A stretch of DNA of 64,000 bases from Eledone cirrhosa. Lineage: Eukaryota. Made by a program: the position numbers and the translations under genes. This document shows, piece after piece, positions 27,560-39,679 of this stretch. The stretch is from positions 21,018,001 to 21,082,000 of the forward strand of contig OZ024757.1 of NCBI GenBank assembly GCA_964016885.1, given 5' to 3'. Position 1 is the first letter of the stretch. Every line of letters starts with the position of its first letter. Below the pieces are notes generated by a model that had not been told where the DNA came from, did no database searches, and saw only the letters and a list, made by a program, of their open reading frames with translations.

Positions 27560-28281
27560 GTGGTGGTGGTGGTGACAGTGGTGGTGGTGGTGACAGTGGT
27601 GGTGATGATGGTAGTTGTGGTGGTGATGACAGTGATGTTGCTGTTATTGGTGATGGTGGTGTTGTTGATGATGGTGATGGTGGTGTTGTTGATGATGGTG
27701 ATGGTGGTGGTGGTGTTGTTAGTAGTGGTGGTGTTGTTGGTGGTGGTATTGCTGTTAGTGGTGATGGTGGTGATGATGGTGGTGGTGGTGTTGTTAGTAG
27801 TGGTGGTGGTGTTGCTGTTAGTGGTGATGGTAGTGATGATGGTGGTGGTGTTGCTGTTAGTGGTGATGGTGGTGGTGTTGTTAGTAGTGGTGGTGGTGTT
27901 GCTGTTAGTGGTGATGGTGGTGGTGGTGTTGTTAGTAGTGGTGGTGTTGCTGTTAGTGGTGATGGTGGTGGTGGTGGCGTAGTTAGTAGTGGTGGTGATG
28001 TTGCTGTTAGTGGTGATGGTGGTATTGCTGATGGTGGTGATGGTGATGATGTTGGTGGTGTTGTGAGTGGTGATGGTGGTATTGCTGATGGTGGTGATGG
28101 TGATGATGTTGGTGGTGTTGTTAGTGGTGATGGTGGTGGTGGTGATGGTGATGATGGTGATGATGTTGGTGTTGTTAGTGTTAGTGGTGGTGATGATGTT
28201 GGTGGTGTTGTTAGTGATGGTGATGATGTTGGTGGTGGTGGTGGTGGTGGTGGTGGTGTTGGTGATAGTGTTGGTGATGTT
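27560..28281. repeat. Degenerate (GGT/GAT/GTT)n tract
   Basis: Direct reading. Confidence 0.9.
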
Positions 28282-28519
28282 AGATATACTTTATACCCAA
28301 TATTATTACCATTATTATAATGTTTATTATAATGTTAGCTACATTATAATTCTGGAACATCTATCTCCATATATGGAAAACACACACATATATATACACA
28401 CACAACACACATACAATCACATACAAACACACACACACAGACACAAACACACAGACACTTTCTATCAATTCCTCTCTCATAAGTGTTCCATAACAATAGT
28501 CTGAATAAACAAGACTATA

Positions 28520-29340
28520 AATAATTGTTTCTACTTACGTAAAGGGACGTAACTCTATGCTAGAAAGCATAGTGTCCGACCCTTTACCGATACTGCCAAT
28601 TCACCTTTTATAATAATTGTTTCTACTTTTGGCACAAGGCCAGCAATTACCCCAGTGCATTACTGGTACTTTATTTTATCGAGCCCGTATGGATGAAAGG
28701 TAAAGTTAACCTCGGCGGGATTTGAACTCAAAACGTAAAGGGACGTAACTCTATGCTAGAAAGCATGGTGTCTGACCCTCTACCGATACTGCCAATTCAC
28801 CTTTTATAATAATTGTTTCTACTTTTGGCACAAGGCCAGCAATTACCCCAGTGCATTACTGGTACTTTATTTTATCAACCCCGTAAGGATGAAAGGTAAA
28901 GTTAACCTCGGCGGGATTTGAACTCAGAGAGTAAAGGGACGTAACTCTATGCTGGAAAGCATGGTGTCCGACCCTCTACCGACACTGCAAATTCACCTTT
29001 TATAATAATTGTTTCTACTTTAGGCACAAGGCCAGAAATTACCCCAGTGCATTACTGGTACTTTATTTTATCGACCCCGTAAGGATGAAAGGTAAAGTTA
29101 ACCTCGGCGGGATTTGAACTCAGAGAGTAAAGGGACGTAACTCTATGCTGGAAAGCATGGTGTCCGACCCTCTACCGACACTGCAAATTCACCACCCTTT
29201 ATAATAATGGTTTCTGATTTAGACACAAGGCCAACAATTTTCAGGGAGAAGGAAGTTGATTAAATCAACCCCAGGGGCAAACTGGTACTTTATCAATGAT
29301 GTAAGGATGAAAGGCCAAGCTAACTTCAGCAGGATTTGAA
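28520..29340 (-). repeat. Tandem array of ~198-bp second-family SINE units
   Basis: Unit starts near 28613, 28811 and 29008, plus partial copies. Confidence 0.8.
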
Positions 29341-29494
29341 GCCAAAATATTTTAGTAAATATTACTGATAAGAAGAGAAGAGGATAAAGATTGTGAGGGC
29401 CAGTTTCCCAATAGGGAAGCAGGGTTGACAAGGTCCTAAGACATCAGGGACAATAATTACAATTTTTATTATTGTTATTTCTACTGTTTTCTCT

Positions 29495-30380
29495 GCAGTA
29501 ATGTCCCCTTTACATAATGTAAACCCCACTGTGTTGTGTTGTCCCTATTTTTCCTCTGTCTGCAATAATGTCCCCTTTACATGATGTAAACCTCACACTG
29601 TCTTGTGTTGACAATGTATTGTCCCCGCCTTCAGTAATGTCCCCTTTACATGATGTAAACCCTACTCTGTGTTGTGTTGACCCTGTATTGTCCCCATCTT
29701 CAGTAATGTCCCTTTTACATGATATAAACCCTACTCTGTGTTGTGTTGACCCTGTATTGTTCCCGTCTTCAGTAATGTCCCCTTTACATGATGTAAACCC
29801 TACTCTGTGTTGTGTTGTCCCTGTCTTCAGTAATGTCCCCTTAACTTGATGTAAACCCCACTGTATTGTCCCTGTCGCCAGTAATGTCTCCTTTCCTTTA
29901 CAAGATGTAAACCCTACTCTGTGTTGTGTTGACCCTGTATTGTCCCTGTCTTCAGTAATGTCCCCTTAACTTGATGTAAACCCCACTGTATTGTCCCCGT
30001 CGCCAGTAATGTCTCCTTTCCTTTACAAGATGTAAACCCTACTCTGTGTTGTGTTGACCCTGTATTGTCCCCGTCTTCAGTAATGTCCCCTTTACATGAT
30101 GTAAACCCTACTCTGTGTTGTCTTCAGTAATGTCCCCTTAACTTGATGTAAACCCCACTGTATTGTCCCTGTCTCCAGTAATGCCTCCTTTCCTTTACAT
30201 GATGTAAACCCCACTCTGTGTTGTGTTGTGTTGTCCCTGTCTCCAGTAATGTCCCCTTAACTTGATGTAAACCCCACTGTATTGTCCCTGTCTTCAGTAA
30301 TGTCCCCTTTACATGATGTAAACCTCACTCTGTGTTGTCTTGGAATCTTGTGGCCAATAAAATAAATTATTATTATTATT
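29495..30380 (+). repeat. ~55-69-bp minisatellite ending in a LINE-like tail
   Basis: Units cagtaatgtcccctttacatgatgtaaaccctactctgtgttgtgttg...; terminates ttgtggccaataaaataa(att)n. Confidence 0.85.
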
Positions 30381-30533
30381 AGGGCAAACGGGGGGGTGGA
30401 TTGGCAGTATCAGTAGAGGGTCGGACGCCATGCTTTGCAGTATAGAGTTACAGCCCTTTATGTTCTGAGTTCAAATACTAGATTTGCGGGGTTGATAAAA
30501 TAAAGTACCAGTAATATTCCGGGGTCAATTTAA

Positions 30534-31576
30534 CCCTTTAGCATTCCCATTACTCTATATATATATATACTATTATATTTTCATGGTAAAGGCTTTACCT
30601 CACATACTATCTCATATACCATTCACATTACTCTATATATACTATTGTATTTTCACAGTAAAGGCTTTACCTCGCATACTATCTCACATAACATTCACAT
30701 TACTCTATATATAATATTGTATTTTCACAGTAAAGGCTTTACCTCGCATACTCTCTCACATAACATTCACATTACTCTATATATACTATTGTATTTTCAC
30801 AGTAAAGGCTTTACCTCACATAATATATCACATAACATTCACATTATTCTATATATACTATTGTATTTTCACAGTAAAGGCTTTACATTACATAACATTC
30901 ACATTACTCTACATATACTATTATATTTTCATGGTAAAGGCTTTACCCCACATAATTATCTCACATAACATTTACATTACTCTATATATACTATTATATT
31001 TTCATGGTAAAGGCTTTACCTCACATAATATCTCACATAACATTCACATTACTCTATATATACTATTGTATTTTCACAGTAAAGGCTTTACCTCACATAA
31101 TATATCACATAACATTCACATTATTCTATATATACTATTGTATTTTCACAGTAAAGGCTTTACATCACATAACATTCACATTACTCTACATATACTATTA
31201 TATTTTCATGGTAAAGGCTTTACCCCACATAATTATCTCACATAACATTTACATTACTCTATACTATTGTATTTTCACAGTAAAGGCTTTACCTCACATA
31301 CTATCTCACATAACATTCACATTACTCTATATATACTATTGTATTTTCATGGTAAAGGCTTTACCTCACATAACATTCACATTACTCTATATATACTATT
31401 GTATTTTCATGGTAAAGACTTTACCTCACATAATATCGAATCTATGAGATTTTGAAAGTATTTACTTTGAGAAGAATACCTCAACATCAGTTTGAGCGAC
31501 CAGTTACAGCCAGTTTCAACAGAAAGAGGTGTGAGGGAATTCTGGCCGGTTTTGGCCGGTTTGAACACTAAAGGGG
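30534..31576 (-). mobile_element. piggyBac-type MITE with internally amplified ~70-bp minisatellite
   Basis: TTAA|ccctttagcatt...aacactaaagggg|TTAA. The interior is a tandem array of cataacattcacattactctatatatactattgtattttcacagtaaaggctttacctca variants. Confidence 0.75.
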
Positions 31577-32082
31577 TTAATCAACTTTCCCCTCTCCCTA
31601 AAGTGGTTAAGTCTTGTGCCTAAATCAGAAACCAATATAATTATTGTTGTTTTGGCGAAAACATTTTGTTTCTTTGTTCTTTCTTCTCCATCACATGGTT
31701 AGATGTTGTTGTGCAGAAGGGAAACTGATGAAACTCTATATAGATTCCATTGGAGGAGGTGGGGGAAACAATGGCTTCTTCATCTTCTCCATCACTGTTG
31801 TTAGTTAAGTGAGAGAGAAGACAAAGATAATGTGAACTATTCCTATTGTTTCAATAATATTAATTCTGGCTGCCAGCTAGTCTCAAAGACCCCATTACAA
31901 AAAACTTCCATATTTCTATTCTCTCTCTCTGTGTTCTATAGTTTTTCTTTATATTGCTTTTGTAATTTGTATACTTATATATTTTATTACTACTACTACT
32001 ACTACTACTACTACTGTTGTTATTGCAATATTGTTATTTTGATTTTGGTTTATGTATTATAGTCACCCACCCTCCCCTTACT

Positions 32083-32805
32083 CACCAACACCACCAGCAC
32101 GACCAACAATACAATCACCCCTACCACCAACACCACCACCACTCCCACCAACACCAACAGCGCTACCATCACCATCAATACAATCACCCCTACCACCAGC
32201 ACTACCACCAACACCACCACCACTACCAACAGCGCTACCACCACCACTACCACCACCACCACCACCACCAACAGCGCTACCACCAGCGCTAACACCACCA
32301 CCACCACTACCAACAGCACTACCACCACCACCACTACCATCAACAATCAATACAATCACCACCACGACCAACAGTGCTATCACCACCACTACCAACAGCG
32401 CTACCACCACCACTACCAACACCACCACTGCCACCGCGACCAACAGTGCTACCACCACCACTACCAACAGCGCTACCACCACCACTACCAACACCACCAC
32501 CACTACCAACAGTGCTACCACCACCACGACCAACAGCGCTACCACCACCACTACCACTACCACCACTACCAACAGCGCTACCACCACCACTACCACTACC
32601 AACACCACCACCACTACCAACAGCGCTACCACCACCACCACTACCAACACCACCACCACCACCACCACTACCAACAGCGCTACCACCACCACCACCACTA
32701 CCACTACCAACAGTGCTACCACCACCACTACCACCAACACCACCAACACCACCACCACTACCACCAACACCACCACCACGACCAACAGCGCTACCATCAT
32801 CATCA
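32083..32805. repeat. Degenerate (CAC/CTA)n tract with ccaacagcgcta motif
   Basis: Direct reading. Confidence 0.9.
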
Positions 32806-33040
32806 ATACATATTTGTGGCTTTCTAATCTGTGCTGTTTTTGTTGGTGGTGGTGTTGTTGTTGCTGTTGTTGGTGGTGTTGGTGTTATCATTGTCACTGT
32901 TGTTGTGTCGATAAAATAAAGTACCAGTAATTCACTGAGATAATTGCTGGCCTTGTGCCAAACGTAGAAACAATTATTATAGTTGTTATTGGTGGTGGCG
33001 ATGGTGGTAGTAGTATTACTGTTGTTATTGGTGGTAGTAG

Positions 33041-33325
33041 TGGAGGCACGTGGCCTAGTGGTAAGGGTGTTGGACTTACAATCATAATGTCGTGGGCTCA
33101 ATACCTGGGCTGTGTGTTGTGTTATTGAGCAACACACTTCATTTCACGTTGCTCCAGTATACTCAGCTGGAAATGAGTACCAGCAATAGCTGGAGGTTTA
33201 ACCCTGCGATGGACTGGTATCCTGTCCAGGGGGGAGTCTTGTACTCTCAGTCGCTTCACGCCATGAAACCGGGATAAGCTACGGCCAAATGAGCCTTCTG
33301 GCTTAAGACAGACTTTAGACTTTTT
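33041..33325 (+). mobile_element. Older CORE-type SINE with a different tail
   Basis: Head tggaggcacgtggcctagtgg, CORE-like body, then ccctgcgatggactggtatcctgtccagggg...agactttagactttt. Confidence 0.7.
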
Positions 33326-33332
33326 TTTTTAG

Positions 33333-34323
33333 ATGGTGGTAGTATTACTGTTGTTGCTGTTGTTGTTAATGGTGTTCTTGTTGTGTTGTTGTTGGTGTTG
33401 TGTTGTTGTTGATGGTGGTGTTGGTGTTGTTGTTGTTGTTGTTAATGGTGTTGTTGTGTTGTTGGTGTTGTTGTTGTGTTGTTGGTGGTGTTGGTGTTGT
33501 TGTGTTGGTGGTGTTGGTGTTGTTGTGTTGGTGGTGTTGTTGTGTTGTTGTTGATGGTGGTGTTGATGGTGGTGTTGTTGATGGTGGTGTTGGTGTTGTT
33601 GTTGTGTTGTTGATGGTGGTGTTGTTGTTGTGTTGTTGGTGGTGTTGTTGTGTTGTTGGTGGTGTTGTGTTGGTGGTGGTGTTGTTGTGTTGTTGTTGAT
33701 GGTGGTGTTGTTGTTGTGTTGTTGTTGATGGTGGTGTTGGTGTTGTTGTTGTTGGTGGTGGTGTTGTTGATGGTGGTGTTGTTGTTGTGTTGTTGGTGGT
33801 GTTGTTGTTGTGTTGTTGGTGGTGTTGCTGTTGATGGTGGTGTTGGTGGTGTTGGTGGTGGTGGTGTTGTTGTTGTGGTGTTGGTGGTGTTGGTGTTGTT
33901 GTGTTGTTGTGTTGTTGGTGGTGGTGTTGTGTTGTTGTTGATGGTGGTGTTGGTGTTGTTGTTGTGTTGGTGGTGTTGTTGTGTTGTTGGTGGTGTTGTT
34001 GTGTTGTTGGTGGTGTTGTTGTTGTGTTGTTGTTGATGGTGGTGTTGGTGTTGTTGTCTTGTTGGTGGTGTTGTTGTTGTGTTGTTGTTGATGGTGGTGT
34101 TGTTGTGGTGGTGTTGGTGTTGTGTTGTTGTTGGTGGTGTTGGTGTTATTGTTGTGTTGTTGGTGGTGGTGTTGTTTTTGTTGTGTTGTTGGTGGTGGTG
34201 GTGTTGTTGTTGTGTTGTTGTTTATGGTGGTGTTGGTGTTTTTGTGTTGTTGTTGGTGGTGGTGTTGTTGTTGTGTTGTTGGTGGTGGTGTTGGTGTTGT
34301 TGTGTTGTTGTGTTGTTGTTGAT
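33333..34323. repeat. Degenerate (GTT/GGT)n tract
   Basis: Direct reading. Confidence 0.9.
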
Positions 34324-34383
34324 GAGAAAGAAAAGTTGTAAAAGGAAAATAAATACTTGAATTGTCAAGGAAAAGTAGCTTCA

Positions 34384-34414
<31 letters not shown>

Positions 34415-34584
34415 CTCTCTCCCCCTCTCTCTATATATATATATAGTTTAGCTTCTTGTGGTTGTTGTTGGCAGTGATGGGATTATTGTTGTGTTGTTGG
34501 TGATATTGTTATCGTTGATGTTGTTCACTTTCTTACTGTTACAGTTAAAGAAATCATTTTTTTTTTTCACATGCAAAATCCAAA

Positions 34585-34830
34585 CACACCAGTCCACACA
34601 CACACCAATACACACCCCAGTCCACACACACACACCAATACACACACCAGTCCACATACACACACCAGTCCACACACACACACCAGTCCACACACACACA
34701 CACCAGTCCACACACACACACCAGTCCACACACACACACCAGTCCACACACACACACACCAGTCCACACACACACACACACACACACCAACACACATACA
34801 CACACCAGTCCACACACACACACCAATACA
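34585..34830. repeat. ccagtc(ca)n compound minisatellite
   Basis: Direct reading. Confidence 0.85.
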
Positions 34831-34905
34831 CCAATACATACACCCACACTATGTTTTTGTCCTCTGCTGTTTCATGATGTAAACCCTTTGTGGTTGATAA
34901 AGAAA

Positions 34906-34940
<35 letters not shown>

Positions 34941-35010
34941 GCCATTGTTACTACTGCAGTAAATATTACAATTGTTGACAGCATTGAACACCAACCTCTA
35001 ACAGCAGCCA

Positions 35011-35050
<40 letters not shown>

Positions 35051-35089
35051 TTATTGACTAGAATAGCTTTTGAAAACCCTGCTAAACAC

Positions 35090-35935
35090 AGAGTTTAAGA
35101 TTTAGGCCAAGGTGTTGGTGAAGAGGTTGGCGCTTGTCATCGAGGATTTGGTAGGAGAGGACAAACTTGCGCAATCCCAGCCAGGTCTAAACACAACAAC
35201 CTCCACCTCATGCAATACATCATAGAGAGGATAAGGTGTAAAGTTGGCTTCGGTGGGGCTCTGATCAATTTAGATCAATCGTAAGTTTTCAATAGGGTCG
35301 ACCATCAATACCTGGAAGCAGTCCTTGAGGCAGCTAGCTTCGACCCTGTCTTCAGAGGCTGGATCACTGCAATGCACAGCGGCATCTGTTCAGTGGGCAT
35401 CTGCTCAGTGGTCAAAGTTAATGGCCATCTTTTGGAACCATTTCAGATCTCCTGATCAGTCCATCAAGGGTGCCCTCTCTCCTTCCTTCTGTATTCTGTG
35501 CGTATTGACTCACGAGCCTTTACTGCGGAAGCTGGAGCTGTGGAAATGCTGTGTTGGCATATGTGGATGACATCACCAATATAAAAAGTTGAGGGGGAGC
35601 ATAACGAAACCTGGAAAAGTTGGTGGGCTTGCAGCTCGGCACCTGGAGAGGCAAGTCAATGCCATTCAACAGCCTCTACAGGTGCTGGATGGACAGTCTG
35701 TTAAAGTTGTTCGGGGTCTGGTGGATAAGAATTGGGATGATGTTACAATCAGGGTAGCCACTCTCATCCAGAAATGGGCTGAGAGGAAGTTGTCACTGAA
35801 AGGTCAGACGGCGGTGGTGAACAGATATATCATGTCTGTCATCGATTACCGCCTGACCCTTGTACCTTGGCCCCATTCCTGCCTCACCAAATTGGAATGG
35901 CTCCACTTCAACTTCTTGTGGAGGGCTGGGCATGC
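35090..35935 (+). mobile_element. Degenerate Tx1/L1-clade LINE RT fragment
   Basis: Broken frames give GALINLDQS..FNRVDHQYLEAVL, QGCPLS, EPLLRKL and KWAERKLSLKGQTAVVN, with multiple stops and frameshifts. Confidence 0.75.
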
Positions 35936-36099
35936 CGTGGGTAATGATATGCAGCAGTGGGATTGAACCAAGAATCCAATGATTGCAAAATAAGGTTCTT
36001 AACCATTTGGCTACAGGAAATCCACATATAGTTCTTTAGTAATATATATAATTGATCTTTGAGATTTGTATATTTGTAGGAAGTGAGACAAGAAACAAG

Positions 36100-36690
36100 A
36101 TCACCATCATCATCATCTTCACCTTTATCATTGCCACTCTCATCATCACTATCATCATTATCACCATCACCACTATCATCATCCCCATTGTCTTCACCAT
36201 CTCACCCACCTTTACTCCTACCACCACCACCACCTCAACCACCATCATCACTACTAATATCACCACCATCATCATCACTAACATCACCATCATCACCATC
36301 ACCATCACCACCTTCACCATCACCACCATCACCACCACCACCATCATCATCATCGCCATCACCACCACCATCACCACCACCACCATCATCATCACCGCCA
36401 TCATCATCATCATCATCACCATCACCACCACCTTCAACATCATTATCATCACCGTCACCACCACCTTCACCAGCACCACCATCATCACCATCACCACCAT
36501 CATCACCATCACCACCACCGTCACCACCACCACCACCACTACCAACATCACAATCACCACCACCACCTTCACCATCATCACCATCACCACCACCTTCACC
36601 ATCATCCCTATCACCACCACCACCACCATCACCATCGCCACCACCACCTTCACCATCATCACCACCACCACCATCATGATCATGATCATT
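36100..36690. repeat. Degenerate (CAT/CAC)n tract
   Basis: Direct reading. Confidence 0.9.
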
Positions 36691-36833
36691 ATTATTTTAT
36701 TGAAAATTTTCTGCTGGAGACAGAAGTCTTGATGGAGAAAATATGATGAACTTCATTACAGCTATTTATTTGTGATTTCAATTGAACGAGAGCCAGATTC
36801 CTTCGGCACTCACTTTTAAAAGCTGGCTCATAC

Positions 36834-36932
36834 CTTTTGTATCCATGGTGACGAAATCTTCTTATCTTCCTCTACACAGATTTCTTGAAAAACTCTTTTA
36901 ACACCAGTCGCTGTCTGCATGAGAGCGTCCAT
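36834..36932 (-). CDS. Candidate alternative first exon inside the NAV intron
   Basis: Non-repetitive island with aatATGG...CAAAAG|gtatga, 33 codons MDALMQTATGVKRVFQEICVEEDKKISSPWIQK. An internal accATGG at 36846 gives a phase-1 end compatible with the 12409 exon. No homology recognised. Confidence 0.35.
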
Positions 36933-37296
36933 ATTGAAATGTTTCAGAGATTCCAGATCTCAATCAAGATCTCATTACAACGTGAGTGAATGTATGATTA
37001 GTGTGAGATTTCAGTTTGCTAATACTAGAATAATAGAGAAATATATAAACTTGGTGTGTATGTTAGTGTGTGGGTGGTTGTGTATGGGGTAGTTGTGTAT
37101 GGGGGCGGGGGAGGGGTGGATGGGTGTGTGTATGGGGTGCGTGGGGGAGTATGTATGGGGTGTGTGTGGACACGTAACTCCTGATGAAGTCGTAAGGGGC
37201 GCCATATTTACATATAGTGTTTCTTGTGTATTTTAAAACCTGGTGGAGCTCCTTCCACTTCAGGTTTGAATACAGGAGATTTCTTCCAGAGAAGGA

Positions 37297-37765
37297 TAGA
37301 GTTAGGGGTTATGGTGAGGGTTTCGGGTTAGGGTTAAGAGTTAACATTTAGGTTTTAGGGTTAGAGTTAGGGGTTATGGTGAGGGTTTAGGGTTAGGGTT
37401 AAGAGTTAACATTTAGGTTTTAGGGTTAGAGTTAGGGGTTATGGTGAGGGTTTAGGGTTAGGGTTAAGAGTTAACATTTAGGTTTTAGGGTTAGAGTTAG
37501 GGTTATGGTGAGGGTTTAGGGTTAGCATTAAGCGTTAACATTTAGGTTTTAGGGTTAGAGTTAGGGGTTATGGTGAGGGTTTAGGGTTAACATTTAGGTT
37601 TTAGGGTTAGAGTTAGGGGTTATGGTGAGGGTTTAGGGTTAGCATTAAGGGTTAACATTTAGGTTTTAGGGTTAGAGTTAGGGGTTATGGTGAGGGTTTA
37701 GGGTTAGCATTAAGGGTTAACATTTAGGTTTTAGGGTTAGAGTTAGGGGTTATGGTTAGGCTAGG
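37297..37765 (+). repeat. ~63-bp tandem repeat built from degenerate TTAGGG units
   Basis: Unit gggttagggttaagagttaacatttaggttttagggttagagttaggggttatggtgagggttta, ~7 copies. Confidence 0.85.
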
Positions 37766-38214
37766 GTATATAAGCCCTTCCTGACTTATATTTCTAATGA
37801 AATACACTCTATTTCAATAAATCAGAGAACTGGTCAAACATCTTTATTTCGTTGTTTTTATTATAAATATCTATTTTCTAACTAGATAACTGACTGTAAC
37901 TTCGAAGTTTCAGCTTAGTCACTTCATTTTGCTGTTGATTTATTTATTTATATATATATATATATCATATATTGAGTTAGAAACTCAAAATAGTCTTTTA
38001 CAATTAATAATTATTGCGAAACAGATTTATGTCTGTCTGGGTATCATAGGCTATTTGCCTGATATAGGTTTGTTATTTTTATTTATTTATTATGTTTAAT
38101 GAAGCCAGGCAAACCATATTGTTTTAAATTAGTATTTTTCAACCTAGCTAACTTGGTCATTTGCAATTGGAACACATGTATAGTTCTATCTGTGTTCACC
38201 CCTCTCATATATCC

Positions 38215-38294
<80 letters not shown>

Positions 38295-38298
<4 letters not shown>

Positions 38299-38632
38299 GG
38301 CTTAGTGGTTAGAGCATTGGCACCTTGCAATCGAAAGGTTGTGAGTTCAATTCTCAGACCGGGTGATGTGTTGTTTCCTTGAGCAAGACACTTTATTTCA
38401 TATTGCTCCAGTTTACTCAGCTGTAGAAATGAGATGATAGGGACTGGGGTCCCTATCATTCCACTGTAAAGTGGTTGTGGAGGTGCCACAGCAAAAAAGC
38501 ACCCAGCACTCACTGTAAATGAGGTTGGTGTTAGGAAGGGCATCCAGCTGTAGAAATCAAGCCAGAATCAGTTCCCGTCCCACCCTTGCAAGCAGGGAAA
38601 AAGCAAACGTAAAATGAAATGATGATGATGAT
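38295..38632 (+). mobile_element. CORE-type SINE (RTE tail)
   Basis: Same family, directly after a long (TA)n. Confidence 0.8.
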
Positions 38633-38892
38633 GTGTGTGTGTGTGTGTTGAACAATGAAAATATAACAAGTCAGAGACAGGTTGTTATTTGCTCATCGTA
38701 GGTCGATATATTGGACTAGCAGGTTGTGATTATGATGCTACCTGTTTCTAGTCTTGAAATCCTTCCATCTATTTCACTGTTCCTCTTTACGGGGTTGATA
38801 GAATAAAGCACTAGTAATGCACTGGGATAATTGCTGGTATTGTGCCAAAAGTAGAAACAATTATTACTCTCTCTCTCTCTCATATATATATA

Positions 38893-39248
38893 TCATTTTC
38901 ATCATTTTCATTTCATTTTACGTCCGCTTTTTCCCTGCTTGCAAGGGTGGTACGTGAACTGATTCTGGCTTGATTTCTGCAGCTGGATGCTCTTCCTAAC
39001 ACCAACCTCATTTACAGTGAGTGCTGGGTGCTTTTTCTGCCGTGGCACCTCCACGACCACTTTTCAGTGGAATGATATGGACCCCAGACCCTATCATCTC
39101 ATTTCTACAGCTGAGTAAACTGGAGCAATGTGAAATAAAGTGTCTTGCTCAAGGAAACAACACATCACCCGGTCTGAGAATTGAACTCACAACCTTTTGA
39201 TTGCAAGGCCAATGCTCTAACCACCACACTAAGCCATGTGCCTCCATA
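38893..39248 (-). mobile_element. CORE-type SINE (RTE tail)
   Basis: Same family, inverted relative to 38295-38632. Confidence 0.8.
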
Positions 39249-39355
39249 TATATATATATAAAGTGTTGAAGTTTCTGTTGAAAAAGTCGGAGGAATGAAG
39301 AGTGCCCTATGTAAGTCACAGTGCTAAATATTTAATGTATAATAAACAATACAAT

Positions 39356-39428
39356 ATAACTACCTCATTACCAGAGGTTTCCCGAATACAACGGATACAA
39401 GAAACGTCCGCATTCGTTCATCAGACAA
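39356..39428 (-). ncRNA. Hammerhead-like motif with long stems II and III
   Basis: CUGAUGA-aCGAAUGC...GUAUUCGg-GAAA-CCUC(UGGUAAU)GAGG-UA. Stem I is not evident. Confidence 0.45.
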
Positions 39429-39679
39429 GGCAAGAAACATCTTATAAATATCCCAAAAGTCACATTTTATGATAATATGCGACTTTTGGGATATTTATAA
39501 GATGTGTAATCAATAAAGAAATCTAAGTATGATTGAGACATTTTCCTGACATGTCGATGTTAAATACAAGTGATTCTTCAAATATAAAATTTAAAGATAA
39601 AATGGAGACAAAATAAAAAAAAATAGGTTTGAAATAAAATGAATATATTTAGCATAGTATTAAAATTTAGACTAACACT

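Noticed and set aside
32017-34384. Pro/Thr/His/Val-rich ORFs resembling extensins or mucins (also at 19.9, 27.5, 36.1 and 39.7 kb)
   Set aside because: Degenerate trinucleotide tracts open in most frames, with no splice-site support.
37178-37210. CTGATGA hammerhead-like start
   Set aside because: No downstream GAAA or convincing stem II.
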